DNA of 64,000 nt from Kaistia sp. (GTDB taxonomy: Bacteria; Pseudomonadota; Alphaproteobacteria; Rhizobiales; Kaistiaceae). Below, piece by piece: positions 60,291 through 64,000 of this stretch. A program made the translations under genes and the position numbers. Location: NCBI GenBank assembly GCA_963966455.1, contig CAWZZK010000053.1, forward strand, positions 629 through 64,628. The letters run 5' to 3'. The notes under the pieces are model-generated. The model saw only the letters and a list, made by a program, of their open reading frames with translations. It was not told where the DNA came from and ran no database searches. Each line of letters begins with the position of its first letter. The first letter of the stretch is position 1.

Positions 60291-61509
60291 GCCGCTGGAA
60301 GGCCCGGCGCTCGACGCCGCGGTGAAGCGCAACGCCATCGTGCTGACGGCCGCCACCGCCTTCGGCGGCTCGATGATGCCGATCGCGGTCGCCTTTGGCG
60401 GCCTCGCCGGTGTCTATCTGCTCGGTCCCGACAAGTCGCTCGCGACCGTCCCGGTGACGGCGCTGACGCTCGGCTCGGCGCTCGCGACGATCCCCGCCGC
60501 GATCCTGATGGCGCGCATCGGCAGGCGGGCTGGCCTCGTCATCGGCGCGCTTCCCGGCATTCTGGGCGGCGTGCTCACTGCGCTCGCCATCGTCGCCGGC
60601 TCGTTCTGGCTGTTCGCCGCCGCTTCGATCCTGATCGGCGCTTCCGCCGCCTTCAGCCAGCAATATCGCTTCGCCGCGGTCGATGCCGGCACCGAGACGG
60701 CGCGGAGCCGCGCGCTCGGCCTCGTGATGGCGGGCGGCATCCTCGCCGCCATCATCGGACCGCAGGCCGCCATCCTTACCCGCGATCTCTTCAGCCCCAT
60801 TCCCTTCGCCGGCGCCTATGCCGCCATCGCCGGCCTCGCGGCCGTCGGGGCGCTGATCGTCAGCGGGGTGCGCGATCTCGTGCCGCCGCGTCCGCGCGGC
60901 AGCAGCCATGATCGGGGGCGGCCGCTTCTGGTGATCATGCGCCAGCCGCGCTTCATCGCCGCCGTGCTCTGCGGCATGGCCTCCTATGCCATGATGAGCC
61001 TCGTGATGACCGCGGCGCCGATCGCCATGGTCGGTTGCGGGCTGACGCAGAACGACGCCGCACTCGGCATCCAGTGGCACGTGCTGGCGATGTTCGCGCC
61101 GAGCTATTTTACCGGCCGCCTCATCGAGAAGTTCGGCAAGAACGCGATCGTCATCGCCGGCCTGCTCATCCTCTGCGCCTGTTCGGTCGTGGCCATCGCG
61201 GGCCTGACGCTGGCGCATTTCTGGATCGCGCTCGTCCTGCTCGGCATCGGCTGGAATTTCGGCTTCGTCGGCGCGACGGCGATGCTGACCGAGACCTATC
61301 GGCCCGAGGAGCGCGGCCGCGTGCAGGGCCTCAACGACTTCCTCATTTTCGCGATGTCGGCGCTGGCGTCCTTCTTTGCCGGCGTGCTGATCGGCGGTCC
61401 GGGATGGATCGCGGTGAACAGTATCGTCTTCCCCACGGTTGCGCTCGCGCTCGGTGCGCTGGCGCTCGCCTCGCTCGCCCGCGGGACAATCGCTCGGCCT
61501 TCCCCTTGA
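60277..61509 (+). CDS. MFS transporter, 12-TMS, substrate unknown
   Basis: 410-aa hydrophobic ORF that overlaps the thiL end. It has the MFS loop motif MARIGRRAGLVIG. Confidence 0.85.
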   Translation: MTISEPLEGPALDAAVKRNAIVLTAATAFGGSMMPIAVAFGGLAGVYLLGPDKSLATVPVTALTLGSALATIPAAILMARIGRRAGLVIGALPGILGGVLTALAIVAGSFWLFAAASILIGASAAFSQQYRFAAVDAGTETARSRALGLVMAGGILAAIIGPQAAILTRDLFSPIPFAGAYAAIAGLAAVGALIVSGVRDLVPPRPRGSSHDRGRPLLVIMRQPRFIAAVLCGMASYAMMSLVMTAAPIAMVGCGLTQNDAALGIQWHVLAMFAPSYFTGRLIEKFGKNAIVIAGLLILCACSVVAIAGLTLAHFWIALVLLGIGWNFGFVGATAMLTETYRPEERGRVQGLNDFLIFAMSALASFFAGVLIGGPGWIAVNSIVFPTVALALGALALASLARGTIARPSP

Positions 61510-61646
61510 CCGCCGCCCAAACCCGTTCTCAACTCTGAGTCCGCCGGGAAAGAGACGGGAGGAACGGTGCTCTTCCCCGGCATTCGAAGCCGGCCCGGCG
61601 CGCCTGCGCCGGCACCAGTTCAAGCCGGACAGGGAGGGAAGAGGAC

Positions 61647-63791
61647 GTGATTTATCTGATCATACTCTGTGCGCTCGTGGCATTGGCCTACGGCGCATGG
61701 GCGACACAGTCCGTGCTCGCCGCCGACGCCGGCTCGGCGCGCATGCAGGAGATTGCCGCCGCGATCCGCGAGGGCGCCAGCGCCTATCTGCGCCGCCAGT
61801 ACATCACCATCGCCGTCGTCGGCGTGGTCATCTTCGTCATCGTCGCCCTCCTGCTGTCGCTGACGGTCGCGATCGGCTTTGCCATCGGCGCGATCCTGTC
61901 GGCTATCGCCGGCTTCGTCGGCATGAACGTCTCGGTGCGCGCCAATGTGCGCACGGCCCAGGCGGCGACCAAGAGCCTCGCCGACGGCCTCGAGATCGCG
62001 TTCAAGTCGGGCGCCATCACCGGCATGCTGGTGGCCGGCCTCGCGCTGCTCGGCGTCTCGGTCTACTACCTCGTGCTCACCGGCTTTGCCGGCTATCAGC
62101 CGGGCGACCGCACCGTGATCGATGCGCTCGTCGCGCTCGGCTTCGGCGCCTCGCTGATCTCGATCTTCGCCCGCCTCGGCGGCGGCATCTTCACCACGGG
62201 CGCCGATGTCGGCGGCGATCTCGTCGGCAAGGTCGAGGCCGGGATTCCGGAGGACGATCCACGCAATCCGGCAACGATCGCCGACAATGTCGGCGACAAT
62301 GTCGGCGACTGCGCCGGCATGGCGGCCGACCTGTTCGAGACCTATGCCGTGACGCTGGTGGCGACCATGGTGCTGGCGGCCATCTTCTTCGCCGGCTCGC
62401 CGATGCTGTCCAGCATCATCCTGCTGCCGATGGGCATCGGCGCCGTCTGCATCCTGACCTCGATTGCCGGCACCTTCTTCGTCAAGCTCGGGCCGAGCCA
62501 GTCGATCATGGGCGCGCTCTACAAGGGCTTCATCGCCTCGGCGCTGTTCTCGGTCGTCGGCCTCGCGGTGGCGACGACGCTCTTTACCGGCTGGGGCGAC
62601 CTGACGACCGTCTCCGGCGCCATGATCAACGGCACCAACCTCTTCTTCTGCGGCCTTGTCGGCCTCGCGGTGACCGGCCTCATCGTCTGGATCACCGAAT
62701 ATTACACCGGCATCGGCTATCGCCCGGTGCGCTCCATCAGCCAGGCCTCGGTCACCGGCCACGGCACGAACGTCATTCAGGGCCTCGCCGTCTCGCTGGA
62801 GGCGACCGCGCTGCCGACGATCGTCATCGTCGCCGGCATCATCGTCACCTATGCGCTGGCCGGCCTCTTCGGCACCGCCGTCGCGGTGTCGACCATGCTC
62901 GGCCTTGCCGGCATGGTGGTGGCGCTCGACGCCTTCGGGCCGGTCACCGACAATGCCGGTGGCATCGCCGAGATGTCGGGCCTGCCCAAGGAAGTGCGCA
63001 AGTCGACCGACGCGCTCGACGCGGTCGGCAACACGACCAAGGCGGTCACCAAGGGTTATGCGATCGGCTCGGCCGGTCTCGGCGCCCTGGTGCTGTTCGC
63101 CGCCTACAATTACGACCTCTCCTACTTCATCGCCGAGGCGAACAAGGAGGGGGCGACAGCCTTCCAGTATTTCAAGGGTGTCGTTCCCGACTTCACGCTC
63201 TCCAACCCCTATGTCGTGGTCGGTCTGCTGCTCGGCGGCCTGATCCCCTACATCTTCGGCGGCATCACCATGACCGCCGTCGGCCGGGCGGCGGGCGCCA
63301 TCGTCGAGGAAGTGCGGCGGCAGTTCCGCGAGAAGCCGGGCATCATGGCCGGCACAGACAAGCCCGACTATGGCAAGGCGGTGGACATTCTCACCAAGGC
63401 GGCGATCCGCGAAATGGTGATCCCCTCGCTGCTGCCCGTGCTGGCGCCGATCGTCGTCTACTTCATCATCCTCGCCATCGCGGGGAAGAGCGAAGCCTTC
63501 TCGGCCGTCGGCGCCATGCTGCTCGGCGTCATCGTTACCGGTCTCTTCGTCGCCATCTCGATGACGTCCGGCGGAGGCGCCTGGGACAATGCCAAGAAGT
63601 CGTTCGAGGACGGCTTCACCGATGCCTCGGGCCAGACCCACTACAAGGGCTCCGACGCGCACAAGGCTTCGGTCACGGGCGACACCGTCGGCGATCCCTA
63701 CAAGGACACCGCCGGCCCGGCCGTGAACCCGGCGATCAAGATCACCAACATCGTGGCGCTGCTGCTGCTCGCGGTGCTCGCCCATCATTAA
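61647..63791 (+). CDS. hppA: membrane-bound proton-translocating pyrophosphatase
   Basis: 714-aa ORF with a GTG start. It has [44 protein letters not shown] and [17 protein letters not shown], which are H+-PPase signatures. Confidence 0.97.
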   Translation: MIYLIILCALVALAYGAWATQSVLAADAGSARMQEIAAAIREGASAYLRRQYITIAVVGVVIFVIVALLLSLTVAIGFAIGAILSAIAGFVGMNVSVRANVRTAQAATKSLADGLEIAFKSGAITGMLVAGLALLGVSVYYLVLTGFAGYQPGDRTVIDALVALGFGASLISIFARLGGGIFTTGADVGGDLVGKVEAGIPEDDPRNPATIADNVGDNVGDCAGMAADLFETYAVTLVATMVLAAIFFAGSPMLSSIILLPMGIGAVCILTSIAGTFFVKLGPSQSIMGALYKGFIASALFSVVGLAVATTLFTGWGDLTTVSGAMINGTNLFFCGLVGLAVTGLIVWITEYYTGIGYRPVRSISQASVTGHGTNVIQGLAVSLEATALPTIVIVAGIIVTYALAGLFGTAVAVSTMLGLAGMVVALDAFGPVTDNAGGIAEMSGLPKEVRKSTDALDAVGNTTKAVTKGYAIGSAGLGALVLFAAYNYDLSYFIAEANKEGATAFQYFKGVVPDFTLSNPYVVVGLLLGGLIPYIFGGITMTAVGRAAGAIVEEVRRQFREKPGIMAGTDKPDYGKAVDILTKAAIREMVIPSLLPVLAPIVVYFIILAIAGKSEAFSAVGAMLLGVIVTGLFVAISMTSGGGAWDNAKKSFEDGFTDASGQTHYKGSDAHKASVTGDTVGDPYKDTAGPAVNPAIKITNIVALLLLAVLAHH

Positions 63792-63798
63792 GTGCGAG

Positions 63799-63832
63799 GC
63801 CCCGCCCTCAATGAGGGCGGGGCTCTTCCATT
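63799..63832 (+). terminator. Rho-independent terminator after hppA
   Basis: GCCCCGCCC-TCAATGA-GGGCGGGGC is a perfect 9-bp stem (63799-63823). A T-rich TCTTCCATTT follows. Confidence 0.8.
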
Positions 63833-63842
63833 TGGTCGAGCT

Positions 63843-64000
63843 ATGGCTAGCGAAGTAGGTTCAATTAACAGAAATGGCCAGATTCTCGTCGCCAAACTTG
63901 ATCGGCGAGGAAATCATCCATTTGCCAAGCTTTGGCTTCTGCGTTGCAGCGACGAAGGCTGCGGTCTCGAATACGAGGCCAACAGCTGCGATTTTCATAT
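63843..64000 (+). CDS. possible 5' end of an unknown ORF in a low-GC segment (runs off the window)
   Basis: ATG 63843 opens MASEVGSINRNGQILVAKLDRRGNHPFAKLWLLRCSDEGCGLEYEANSCDFH with no stop before the window end. There is no convincing Shine-Dalgarno. My hand count gives about 49% G+C. Confidence 0.3.
   Translation, partial: MASEVGSINRNGQILVAKLDRRGNHPFAKLWLLRCSDEGCGLEYEANSCDFH

Noticed and set aside
61439-63814. 791-aa ORF on the plus strand and 722-aa ORF on the minus strand (61620..63788), both overlapping hppA.
   Set aside because: The hppA frame carries the diagnostic H+-PPase motifs. The two alternative frames translate to Arg/Gly/His-rich nonsense.

Overview
This is a high-GC window, about two-thirds G+C by spot counts, that reads like core chromosome of an alphaproteobacterium. 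The gene order is Rhizobiales-like. Almost everything is housekeeping.

- 1-13.9 kb: the S10/spc/alpha ribosomal-protein cluster (rpsJ' to rplQ, with secY, adk and rpoA; no rpsD, rpmJ or infA). It ends in a clear hairpin terminator.
- 14-25 kb: a two-gene envelope operon of unknown function, a DegP/HtrA protease, rarA, a divergent tetR/tetA-like pair with a tetO-like palindrome, a GST, a DHA2 MFS pump, the class-III alcohol dehydrogenase adhC, and an orphan SMC/ABC-like ATPase.
- 25-39 kb: erpA, dgt, argS, a SPOR protein, nagZ, scpAB, an orphan ABC ATPase, tatABC, a BrnA-like orphan antitoxin and parC.
- 39-51 kb: a 726-aa GT-A-like/alginate-lyase-like fusion protein, bpt, an RDD protein, a GT2 plus GT-C glycosylation pair, ilvA, a LivH-like permease fusion, hemB, a CorC/TlyC protein and a small membrane protein.
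- 51-64 kb: a MarR (LdtR-like) regulator with an L,D-transpeptidase, then glyA-nrdR-ribD-ribE, a repeat element, an antisense isochorismatase-like gene, ribH-nusB-thiL, an MFS transporter and the H+-pyrophosphatase hppA.

I saw no rRNA, tRNA, CRISPR array, IS or transposase, integrase, or recognisable multi-gene defence island. I cannot point to one clear-cut novel system. The most unusual items are listed here:
- the signal-less GT-A-like::PL5-lyase-like fusion that starts on the base after the parC stop;
- a RibD whose deaminase zinc and catalytic residues are all substituted;
- a chromosomal tetR/tetA-like determinant;
- a coupled envelope gene pair of unknown function;
- a lipoprotein-signal::LivH-permease fusion between hemB and ilvA;
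- an orphan SMC-like ATPase;
- a sharp GC drop in the last ~160 nt, which may be the edge of foreign DNA.

The very long ORFs antisense to real genes are high-GC artefacts. All family assignments come from reading the translations and recalling motifs. No database search was run.
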